Shown: positions 1 through 7,158 of the stretch, piece after piece
How positions within the stretch are numbered: position 1 is the stretch's first letter
Layout of the letters: each line of letters starts with the position of its first letter
DNA from: Microgenomates group bacterium
GTDB lineage: Bacteria; Patescibacteriota; Microgenomatia; UBA12405
Assembly: GCA_049303675.1 (NCBI GenBank)
Contig: JBAQNJ010000001.1
Coordinates: 344,711-408,710 of the forward strand
Reading direction: 5' to 3'
Length of the DNA stretch: 64,000 bases
Position numbers and translations under genes: made by a program
Notes under the pieces: model-generated
What the model was told of the DNA's origin: nothing
Seen by the model: only the letters and a program-made list of their open reading frames with translations
Databases searched by the model: none

Positions 1-4
1 CCAA

Positions 5-436
5 ATGCTGGGGATACTCTTTTCTGTTATTGCCCTAGTCGGGGCACTGTTTTCCTATATTTCTGGCAAATTTTCTCAGGGCAGAGATCTATTTTATCTA
101 ATACTCATTCTTTCCGGCGTCTCCGCCCTGACATATTTATTATCACCCTTAGCTGGAGTCGTCTTGGGGAGTATTCTCCTAATTAGTCGGAGCGCTATCA
201 TGGCTGTTTATGGTAATTACCAGTCGTCGCTGCTAAACAAGCATATTGATTCAAAATATCGGGCCACTGCCTTGTCCTCTTTCAATCTAATCAAGACACT
301 CCCTTATGCCATTTCCGCACCATTCCTAGGAATTTATATGCAGCAAATCACCGCCAGAAACTTTGCCTTTTTTGTAGGAATACTCATCGCCATTGTTGTT
401 ATCTTTCAAAGTATCGCTAAGAAGACCTCTTCTTGA
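5..436 (+). CDS. 5'-truncated membrane protein (C-terminal fragment)
   Basis: ORF runs off the window start; multiple hydrophobic helices. Confidence 0.35.
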   Translation: MLGILFSVIALVGALFSYISGKFSQGRDLFYLILILSGVSALTYLLSPLAGVVLGSILLISRSAIMAVYGNYQSSLLNKHIDSKYRATALSSFNLIKTLPYAISAPFLGIYMQQITARNFAFFVGILIAIVVIFQSIAKKTSS

Positions 437-467
437 CACCACATTATCAAACCATTATAATACCATT

Positions 468-776
468 ATGGACACTACCATTATTCAAGTACCAGTTACC
501 AAATCATTTCGTGATGAAATGGCCAAGATAGCCATCAATATGGGTTTTTCCTCGCTGCAAGATCTGATTCGTTTTAATCTCACTCAGATCAAAAATAAAA
601 TAATTACCCCAGCCATGGTGTCTACTTTTTATTCCGAAAAATTATCACCAAAAGCCGTTGCCAAATACGACAAAATGTCGGACGATATCAAAAGCGGTAA
701 AGAAAAGACATTGAAATTTAAGACTACTAGAGATATGTTTAAGTATCTCAATGATCCAAATAGAATTTCACCGTAA
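468..776 (+). CDS. DinJ/RelB-family antitoxin (probable start at MDTTIIQ, inside the 393..776 ORF)
   Basis: N-terminal pattern I.VxVxKSFRDEMAKIAxxMGFSSLQDLIRFNLTQI and C-terminal tail resemble DinJ; overlaps the downstream toxin gene. Confidence 0.5.
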   Translation: MDTTIIQVPVTKSFRDEMAKIAINMGFSSLQDLIRFNLTQIKNKIITPAMVSTFYSEKLSPKAVAKYDKMSDDIKSGKEKTLKFKTTRDMFKYLNDPNRISP

Positions 777-1023
777 CTTTGTAAAGTCGTACGACAAGCG
801 AATAAAGCCCAATGCAAAATTAGCCTTCCAGACCCAGTTAAGAGTCAACTTATTTAGGAAAAATCCCCTTGATGAAATTCTTAGAGATCATAAGTTAGCC
901 GGCAGCAAAAGAGGCTATCGTTCTTTCTCCATTACCGGCGACATCAGAATAATCTATGAAATGGTGTCTGAGAGAGTAGCGATTTTCTACGATATCGGCT
1001 CTCACAATCAAGTTTACAAATAG
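751..1023 (+). CDS. YafQ/RelE-family mRNA interferase toxin
   Basis: 90 aa; HKLAGSKRGYRSFSITGDIRIIY...GSHNQVY matches the YafQ/RelE fold signature; overlaps the antitoxin ORF. Confidence 0.7.
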   Translation: MIQIEFHRNFVKSYDKRIKPNAKLAFQTQLRVNLFRKNPLDEILRDHKLAGSKRGYRSFSITGDIRIIYEMVSERVAIFYDIGSHNQVYK

Positions 1024-1025
1024 TC

Positions 1026-1283
1026 CTATTTTGGAAAATGGGGGACACGATCTCGATTGTGAATTAACACAGTTTGGTACCCCTCACTCAGGTTTTTTCG
1101 CCGTAGCCCATTAAACAGCCAAGATGAAGCCATTGTCCCATCACCCACAAATATTATTTCCAAATTACTTTCTTTTATTACCTCTCCTTCCGCCGGATTT
1201 ACACTCTTCTTTGTCCTCCCTACACCAAACTTATCTTTACTAAATTTATGATCAGCCACAGTTAGTATTTCTGGTTTTCTCAC
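1026..1283 (-). CDS. hypothetical protein
   Basis: 85 aa ORF, no recognisable motif. Confidence 0.3.
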   Translation of the reverse strand: MRKPEILTVADHKFSKDKFGVGRTKKSVNPAEGEVIKESNLEIIFVGDGTMASSWLFNGLRRKNLSEGYQTVLIHNRDRVPHFPK

Positions 1284-1522
1284 TTCTTATTCCTTTCCCA
1301 CTCGGGATGTTTTTTATCTTTTGCAGTTGGACAGCCAGCCAGCATAGATTTCCATTCTCTATATTCCTCTACAACCAGTTTTGGCAAGTGTACCTGACAA
1401 GTAGGGCAATTACACGGCGATGGATGCTCTTGAGCATAGTTTACCTGTCTTTTGGTCATCTCCACTCTCAATAATATTGCTTCTTCTACTATTTTATTAG
1501 CTTTCTCGATTACATTTGGCAT
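1280..1522 (-). CDS. hypothetical protein (CxCxxC-containing)
   Basis: 80 aa ORF with a 4-nt overlap to the downstream ORF; Cys cluster CNCPTC. Confidence 0.3.
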   Translation of the reverse strand: MPNVIEKANKIVEEAILLRVEMTKRQVNYAQEHPSPCNCPTCQVHLPKLVVEEYREWKSMLAGCPTAKDKKHPEWERNKK

Positions 1523-1571
1523 TTTATCTTAAAAAACACATAGTTAAAATATATAACATATAATTCTCCTC

Positions 1572-1907
1572 ATGAGAATAACAAAAGATATGTTAGACCA
1601 TTCCAGCAGAGTACTCTCTCGCCCCGTAGATTATCAGAGTCCACCTTTGGAATGGATGTTAGAAGAAGCTCATGTAATTATTGACAATTCAGTCGATTCA
1701 TCTGCCAGCGAAGTCGCCAGATTTAATCAACTATTATTACTTCGGGCCAATCAAATGCTCGAGCGTCCTATTTTTTATAAGAATTTTCTCAGAAGCCGTC
1801 TGGGTGGTGCCATGTCAGAAGATAATATCACCCTACTCGAAGATTTGGCCCCAGTCGACCATCGTGTCGCCAGTGGGATTTTAGAGATGATCAAAAGAGA
1901 ACATTAA
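1572..1907 (+). CDS. hypothetical protein
   Basis: 111 aa ORF ending just before the tRNA genes. Confidence 0.35.
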   Translation: MRITKDMLDHSSRVLSRPVDYQSPPLEWMLEEAHVIIDNSVDSSASEVARFNQLLLLRANQMLERPIFYKNFLRSRLGGAMSEDNITLLEDLAPVDHRVASGILEMIKREH

Positions 1908-1912
1908 TTGAG

Positions 1913-1986
1913 TAGGCATGCATGGACTCGAACCATGGACCCCCGACTTATAAGATCGGTGCTCTAACCAGCTGAGCTACATGCCC
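1913..1986 (-). tRNA. tRNA-Ile-like gene with TAT anticodon (reads AUA); no CCA encoded
   Basis: Reverse complement GGGCATGTAGCTCAGCTGGTTAGAGCACCGATCTTATAAGTCGGGGGTCCATGGTTCGAGTCCATGCATGCCTA folds as a cloverleaf. The anticodon loop CTTATAA is palindromic, so the TAT anticodon is unambiguous. Body resembles bacterial tRNA-Ile. Confidence 0.7.
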
Positions 1987-2018
1987 CTAAAACAACTCTT
2001 CTTTTTTGCCTGCCCTGT

Positions 2019-2060
2019 CAAGGGAAGGTGGTCCCGCAGCTGCGGGACCGGAAGGGTTTT
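2019..2060. repeat. GC-rich hairpin element copy A (caagggaagg-TGGTCCCGCAGCTGCGGGACC-ggaagggtttt), between the two tRNAs
   Basis: Perfect 10-bp palindrome flanked by mirror G-rich arms; near-identical architecture at 12825-12862. Confidence 0.6.
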
Positions 2061-2061
2061 G

Positions 2062-2135
2062 TAGCAGGACCGGGACTTGAACCCGGAACCTCAGCGTTAT
2101 GAATGCTGTGCTCTAACCAATTGAGCTATCCTGCC
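2062..2135 (-). tRNA. tRNA-Met(CAT), elongator-like; no CCA encoded
   Basis: Reverse complement GGCAGGATAGCTCAATTGGTTAGAGCACAGCATTCATAACGCTGAGGTTCCGGGTTCAAGTCCCGGTCCTGCTA. Anticodon loop TTCATAA; resembles elongator tRNA-Met. Confidence 0.7.
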
Positions 2136-2192
2136 ATACCAAAAACTAAGGTGATTATATCAAAAATTGTGAATTCGCTTCGTAGCTATTGT

Positions 2193-2450
2193 CTACTGCA
2201 ACTTCGTCGGTCTTCCCTTCTGTCCGTCTGTCAGTTCTAGCAGAGATTCATCAAACAACTTTTCGGATTTATTCTGTTCTGTTGTTTCCACAATTGGGTT
2301 TAGCTCCATTATTTCCAGTGCTCTCACCATCAATTCAGCATCGTAAAGAGTTTTAGATCTGTCTTTAATTTTTTCCAATTCGCTTCCATGCCTTTCTCCC
2401 ACTATTTTCATCAACAAAGACTTGGCCATTCGCTGCTTTAATGTATCCAT
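2193..2450 (-). CDS. hypothetical protein
   Basis: 85 aa ORF. Confidence 0.3.
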   Translation of the reverse strand: MDTLKQRMAKSLLMKIVGERHGSELEKIKDRSKTLYDAELMVRALEIMELNPIVETTEQNKSEKLFDESLLELTDGQKGRPTKLQ

Positions 2451-2475
2451 ATTTGCCTATTATACCTCATAATAT

Positions 2476-2530
2476 ACAAAAAAGCCGTCAAACCTGTCCG
2501 CCGTGGTGGATTAATGACGACCTCTTTGTT
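2476..2530. repeat. copy 1 of a 37-bp direct repeat (acaaaaaagccgtcaa...ttaatgacgacctctttgtt) carrying a 19-nt internal insertion
   Basis: Matches 2834-2870 except for the insert acctgtccgccgtggtgga. Confidence 0.6.
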
Positions 2531-2833
2531 TCATCGCAACCTCCATTAAATTCTCTGCTGAATTCACATTCCCGTGGGCCATATACGCAAAATACCAAAT
2601 TGAACTATCCATATCTGTGCCAGGGACAACTCTTCTTCCCGTTGAACTCTCCACCAGTTTCTCTAGTCTAGTGACTAGTATAGCAGTTGCTGACGGCTCT
2701 GCACTTGGAATTGGTCCGCGTGTTTCTCTTCTCATACAACTTCCATGCACTATTGCCATAAGATATGTTATCACCTTTGAAGAGCTTTTGTCAATTATAC
2801 CCTCTTCTTCCACAACATTCCCAGTAACAGTGC

Positions 2834-2870
2834 ACAAAAAAGCCGTCAAGTTAATGACGACCTCTTTGTT
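2834..2870 (-). terminator. copy 2 of the 37-bp repeat; on the minus strand it forms hairpin GTCGTCA-ttaact-TGACGGC followed by TTTTTTGTG (terminator-like)
   Basis: Inverted repeat plus T-run read directly from the sequence. Confidence 0.4.
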
Positions 2871-3002
2871 GTAAAGTAAGTGGTACCGACTTTCATCGAT
2901 ACATACATATTATATCAATGAGTATCATTTATGTCTAGTTTTTACTATTTAGACCAAAAATACAAATCTATTCTATCTCTTGACTAAATTTAATATACTT
3001 TA

Positions 3003-3011
3003 TGCTAGAAT
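3003..3011 (+). promoter_or_regulatory. extended -10 promoter element TGcTAGAAT upstream of the structured RNA
   Basis: TGn + TAGAAT; TTGACT at 2980-2985 gives a long 20-nt spacer, so the -35 is weak or absent. Confidence 0.35.
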
Positions 3012-3038
3012 AGCTATGTTCTTTGACAACATAAGATG

Positions 3039-3343
3039 TGCGGGGTAGTGTACGGCTGCACGTGAGGCTAGTAGTATGGGCCCATTAAGCGGTAACGCTT
3101 AATGCAAACTTGGCTATATCGGTGAACAACCTAATGACGATGATTTAGGTAAATACCGAGGGAACCCTTTCGATAAACTCAAGGCTATAGCCCTGAGCAC
3201 AGCGAAGGGGACTCCGTAGAGACTAGACGCCAAGCTCCTCCGATAGCTATCGGAGGATGATGATATAGTCCGACACTCTTGGTAACAAGAGATTACAGAC
3301 AGCATAATCTCACAGGCTGGGTTCAACTCCCAGCCCCGCAACA
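3039..3343 (+). ncRNA. structured RNA with a tRNA-like 3' end; tmRNA (ssrA)-like candidate
   Basis: 5' TGCGGGG (3039-3045) pairs with 3' CCCCGCA (3334-3340) across about 290 nt. T-arm CTGGG-TTCAACT-CCCAG matches the E. coli tmRNA T-loop UUCAACU. Discriminator A, then promoter upstream and a strong terminator immediately downstream; no long ORF. The acceptor lacks the G3·U70 pair and no convincing ...AA tag frame was found. Confidence 0.4.
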
Positions 3344-3350
3344 GAAAAAA

Positions 3351-3377
3351 CCCTCCGATAACATCGGAGGGTTTTTA
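3351..3377. terminator. bidirectional rho-independent terminator (CCCTCCGAT-aaca-ATCGGAGGG + TTTTT; A-run on the other side)
   Basis: 9-bp GC-rich stem with flanking A6 and T5 runs; sits between the plus-strand RNA gene and the minus-strand gene ending at 3380. Confidence 0.75.
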
Positions 3378-3379
3378 AT

Positions 3380-3793
3380 TTAATTGCCTATCTGGGTCAA
3401 CAGTTCCCACCAAGCCACAATGTTTGGCTTCTGATTAGTTTGACTAAACTTTTCTACCAGTTCAGGCATTTTTTCCGCTGGCGGCATAATTAGCCAATAA
3501 TCATTTTCCCTGCCAACTCCAAAATATTCCCTTGCCTTGCGCTCAATTATTTCACTACTGGTAGCCTCTTCTGCCAATTTAGTATATTTTCTTATTTCTT
3601 GCTGCATCTCCTGTTTTTTCGTTTCTAGCCTTAGTAGACGCCTCTGCCCCGCCTCTAGGGTGGTCCATTGTCGGACTACGTTGACGATCGAAGAAAATAT
3701 TATATAAACCAAAATCACATAAAAACCCCACTGTTTTAGCCATTTCACCCATTCTAATTGTCTTTTGTCCTTATTTGTGTTACTATAAGTCAT
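3380..3793 (-). CDS. FtsB/DivIC-like septum formation initiator (single TM plus coiled coil)
   Basis: N-terminal TM helix, heptad-rich region, ERKAREYFGVGRENDY tail typical of FtsB/DivIC. Confidence 0.45.
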   Translation of the reverse strand: MTYSNTNKDKRQLEWVKWLKQWGFYVILVYIIFSSIVNVVRQWTTLEAGQRRLLRLETKKQEMQQEIRKYTKLAEEATSSEIIERKAREYFGVGRENDYWLIMPPAEKMPELVEKFSQTNQKPNIVAWWELLTQIGN

Positions 3794-3794
3794 T

Positions 3795-4661
3795 ATGTCT
3801 CAAATAACTATCGAAGCTGCCCTCAATTCATTCACTGGGGCACTTGCCAAGAAAGGCAAGTCAACCAATACTATTGTAGCCTACAAAGGCGACATCAACC
3901 AGTTAATCACTTATCTGAATACCCAAAATGTGGTTGCCATCGACTCCATAACTGGAGTCCATATCGAAGGCTTCAAAAAATATTTGGTTAGCAACAATTA
4001 CACCGCCAAATCAGTTTCTCGTAAACTCAACTCTATCAAAAACTTTTTTTCTTTTCTCATTAGCGATGGCAAAATATCTACCGATCCTTCCACCGATGTC
4101 AAGCATCCCAAGTACGAAAACGATATTCCCAAGATATTGAAACCTCTCGAATATCGCTCCCTGCGCGATGCCTGTCGCAATGATATTCGGACTACAGCTA
4201 TCGTCGAACTGATGTTGCAGGCTGGTCTGCGCATCAAAGAAATCGAGAATCTCAAATTAGAAAATGTCCGAGACAATGAAATTTTTATCGAAAGCTACGA
4301 GAGCCATGGTTCACGCGCTGTCCCGCTCAACAATTCATCCAAAACAGCCCTCAAAAAATACATCGAAGAAGTCCGTTATCAAACCAAGTCCAAAAATGTT
4401 TTTGTCACCAAAACCGGTCGTCATCTCTTAGCCCGTAATATACGTAGTTTACTCAATCGTTATTTTGACAAAGCCGATATTCATGGGGTGAAGGTCAACG
4501 ATTTGCGCAACACTTTCATCGTCTTCCAGCTCAAATCTGGTGTTCCCATGGATGTTGTTTCTCAGGTCGTTGGTCACAAGCGCATTTCTACCACCGAAAA
4601 ATATCTCGAACTCATCGATTCCAAAGAAGAATCAAAAGGGATCAAATTAAAAGAATTATAA
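3795..4661 (+). CDS. tyrosine recombinase, XerC/XerD-like
   Basis: 288 aa; N-terminal core-binding domain (TIVAYKGDINQLITYL); C-terminal catalytic region with R...HxxR...GHKRISTTEKYLEL (catalytic Tyr). Confidence 0.75.
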   Translation: MSQITIEAALNSFTGALAKKGKSTNTIVAYKGDINQLITYLNTQNVVAIDSITGVHIEGFKKYLVSNNYTAKSVSRKLNSIKNFFSFLISDGKISTDPSTDVKHPKYENDIPKILKPLEYRSLRDACRNDIRTTAIVELMLQAGLRIKEIENLKLENVRDNEIFIESYESHGSRAVPLNNSSKTALKKYIEEVRYQTKSKNVFVTKTGRHLLARNIRSLLNRYFDKADIHGVKVNDLRNTFIVFQLKSGVPMDVVSQVVGHKRISTTEKYLELIDSKEESKGIKLKEL

Positions 4662-4663
4662 AA

Positions 4664-4909
4664 ATGGCCAGTCTCTCAGCCAAACTTTCTCCCGACACCA
4701 ATAGAAGAATCTCTGAGGTTGGTGCCGATGCCGCCTATACTATCAATAGTTTAACCAATTTCGTTATGGCCACCACCACTCGAGGAACACTGCCTGTAGC
4801 AGAATTGTTAGTTACCGCTATTCCAGTCGGAAAAAAAATAAGTGCCCTCACCTTAGAAGTCACTCGAGTAGCCAGCTCAATATTATTAGACATCTCCAGA
4901 AGGAGCTAA
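4664..4909 (+). CDS. hypothetical protein
   Basis: 81 aa ORF. Confidence 0.3.
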   Translation: MASLSAKLSPDTNRRISEVGADAAYTINSLTNFVMATTTRGTLPVAELLVTAIPVGKKISALTLEVTRVASSILLDISRRS

Positions 4910-4918
4910 CTTTTCTGC

Positions 4919-5386
4919 ATGGACAAATTAAAAGATCGCCGGATCTCACCTCTGCTTGAATTATTATCCACAGTCAATGATCACGAAGTAATTCACGGTG
5001 GCCTGTCTTCACCTGATTGCCAAACCTGTGCTACAAACACCGCCAAAATAGAAAAAATGATCGAGGCTCGTATTGCCGCCCGACAACCAACTGTGGAACC
5101 TCATGTTTTTGCATTAGTCAAAACCGTATCTGAATTAAATATTCAAATGGAGGGAGGTTCTCGTGGACCAATCAAAAATGCTGCCTTTTTACTTTTTACT
5201 GCTGATTCTCCAGTCGGACGTCTCCAAACTCTAACCGCCGGTCGAAGTATGTCCGACACCACCGCCAACTTCCCTTTTGGAATAAGGGATGGCTTAACTT
5301 TATTAAGTGATTACTCCCAAAAAATGGCAGAATTTACATATAATGAAAAATGGAGCCATCTCTCAAATCTTTGTCGCAACTGGTAA
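4919..5386 (+). CDS. hypothetical protein
   Basis: 155 aa ORF. Confidence 0.35.
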   Translation: MDKLKDRRISPLLELLSTVNDHEVIHGGLSSPDCQTCATNTAKIEKMIEARIAARQPTVEPHVFALVKTVSELNIQMEGGSRGPIKNAAFLLFTADSPVGRLQTLTAGRSMSDTTANFPFGIRDGLTLLSDYSQKMAEFTYNEKWSHLSNLCRNW

Positions 5387-5423
5387 TTACAAAAATATAT
5401 TTTCTTTTGTATTATAATTCCTC

Positions 5424-6536
5424 ATGTCCCTAGACCCAGTCATCGCAGCCGAATTAATCAAACTCGAATCAAAATACACCTATCGTAGCGAGGAAGTTTA
5501 TTATTTCAACGTTCATCGTCCTGCCTCACTTGTCCGCCAACTACAACATCGGACAGAGGAATTTGATGATACAGTAGTCCCCGCTATTTTCGAGCATGCC
5601 CTCCACGAAAAAGTTTATCATCACGAGGTTTTTACCAACATGGGCACTGGCCACATTATCGTTTTTGTGCAGACTGGTAGTGGTCGCGACCTAGTTCTCC
5701 GTGCCAATCACGCCCTGACCACTCCCGAATACTATATGGATTGGGAGCGGGAAATCGCCTCCCAGTTCGAAGCCATTGGTGTTCACAGTGTTCCCATTTT
5801 ATATAGCGACACTAGCCGTCAATTTTTCCCTTTTGATTATCAAATCATCGAGAAATTATCCGGCAAAGATTTGGAATTAGAATGGGAGGGGACACAGGAT
5901 AATTATAATCAGCTTAGTTTTGACTTAGGTCAAATTTTTGCCAAGCAATATCAATTGCCAGCCACAGGGTGGGGCCGCTGGACCAAGGATGCTACAGGTC
6001 AAATAGTTGGCGCTTTGCCTAGCCATCATGATTATCTCACTGCCTATCTTGATCATGATTTAGAGTTCATTACTTTCTTCAAATTCATCTCCTCAGCCGA
6101 CTCCAATCGTCTTCATGCCTATTTCAATTCGCCAGATATCACTTCACTTTTTGCCGACACTACTCAGGGATACTACATGCACCACGACCTGCCCGATCAC
6201 AATGTCCGCTATGACAACCATAAAATCATTTCTATCTTTGATTGGGAGAATGCCGTTGTCTTCGATCCAATTTGCGATTTAGGCGCTGTCCCTACTTGGA
6301 AATCCCACTATCCTCGGGAAAAACAGTTTATCGATGGTTTTATCTCGGAGTTAGGCCACAAACCAGCCAATCTTGAGGCCAAAATTGCCGTCTATCTTCT
6401 ACGTACCATGCTCTGGAAAATCCAATTTGCTCTGAAGGGCAATCGGCTCAGTGCTCGCCATATCAATCTCTTCGAAGAAGCTCTCATCCGTAACGGCCTC
6501 TCCGAAGTCACCATCCTCGGCCAACCCTCCAACTAG
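5424..6536 (+). CDS. phosphotransferase-family (APH-like, protein-kinase fold) protein
   Basis: HHDLPDHNVRYDNHKIISIFDWENAVVFDP matches the APH catalytic loop (HxDxxxxN) and DxE/DWE motif. Confidence 0.55.
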   Translation: MSLDPVIAAELIKLESKYTYRSEEVYYFNVHRPASLVRQLQHRTEEFDDTVVPAIFEHALHEKVYHHEVFTNMGTGHIIVFVQTGSGRDLVLRANHALTTPEYYMDWEREIASQFEAIGVHSVPILYSDTSRQFFPFDYQIIEKLSGKDLELEWEGTQDNYNQLSFDLGQIFAKQYQLPATGWGRWTKDATGQIVGALPSHHDYLTAYLDHDLEFITFFKFISSADSNRLHAYFNSPDITSLFADTTQGYYMHHDLPDHNVRYDNHKIISIFDWENAVVFDPICDLGAVPTWKSHYPREKQFIDGFISELGHKPANLEAKIAVYLLRTMLWKIQFALKGNRLSARHINLFEEALIRNGLSEVTILGQPSN

Positions 6537-6551
6537 TGCTATAATCGCCAT

Positions 6552-6749
6552 ATGAACACACCAGATTTAGATAAGGACTTGCTAGTTCTAGCTGTCAAGA
6601 CAAAACTAATCATTCCCCCCATCTTTGCCGAGTCTCAGGCTCCAGACGCGGTCAAAATTGGCGATGATTCATACAATCCTCACAAACTCGCGGCCATGAT
6701 CGATGCTCGGCTCACAAATACACCACTCACCGATCTTATATTTGAGTAG
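6552..6749 (+). CDS. hypothetical small protein
   Basis: 65 aa ORF. Confidence 0.25.
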   Translation: MNTPDLDKDLLVLAVKTKLIIPPIFAESQAPDAVKIGDDSYNPHKLAAMIDARLTNTPLTDLIFE

Positions 6750-7092
6750 ACTCTTTTGCTGTTCTAATTATTTTTGAAAATATCAAATATAGTTCTTCTA
6801 TTTCATTCCACAATGGAATTAACTCAGGTTTAACGGTCGGTTCAGCAGTGCCAAGTAGTCTTATCCAGTGTTTAGTTTCTTTGATTTCTTTTAAACTAAT
6901 TTTAAGTTTATGGATAAAGTCTTTTCTACTCTCACTACCATTTGCTTCACAATAGTTAGCACCAATCGACCCAGATGACCCGACTATTTGATTAATAATT
7001 CGGCTATTTAGTGGGGTTGGCTTAATTCTTTTTAGTAACTTAATAATGTCCTCAGCAAATTTTACTGTTCTTTCCTCCAAATCATACTTCAT
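6736..7092 (-). CDS. four-helix-bundle protein (TIGR02436-like, as often found in 23S rRNA intervening sequences)
   Basis: 118 aa; ...DFIHKLKISLKEIKETKHWIRLL... pattern typical of this family. Confidence 0.45.
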   Translation of the reverse strand: MKYDLEERTVKFAEDIIKLLKRIKPTPLNSRIINQIVGSSGSIGANYCEANGSESRKDFIHKLKISLKEIKETKHWIRLLGTAEPTVKPELIPLWNEIEELYLIFSKIIRTAKESTQI

Positions 7093-7124
7093 TTTCTTTT
7101 CTTAAATTTTCTTTGTTCTTGTTT

Positions 7125-7157
7125 CTGTTAAATTCTTAAATTCTGTTAAATTTTCTC
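7125..7157 (+). repeat. TCTGTTAAATT direct-repeat motif, copy R1
   Basis: tctgttaaattcttaaattctgttaaattttctc; near-identical to 13582-13615. Confidence 0.6.
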
Positions 7158-7158
7158 A

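Noticed and set aside
2980-2985. TTGACT as -35 for the RNA promoter
   Set aside because: The spacer to the TAGAAT -10 is 20 nt, which is too long. The extended -10 (TGcTAGAAT) is the better-supported element.
3114-3341. 75-aa minus-strand ORF
   Set aside because: Lies entirely antisense within the promoter-to-terminator structured RNA (tmRNA-like); no coding signal.
3039-3343. RNase P RNA identity for the structured RNA
   Set aside because: No P4 consensus (GGAAAGUCCGG / ACAGAACCCGGCUUA) present; the 3' end is tRNA-like with a T-loop, which RNase P RNA lacks.
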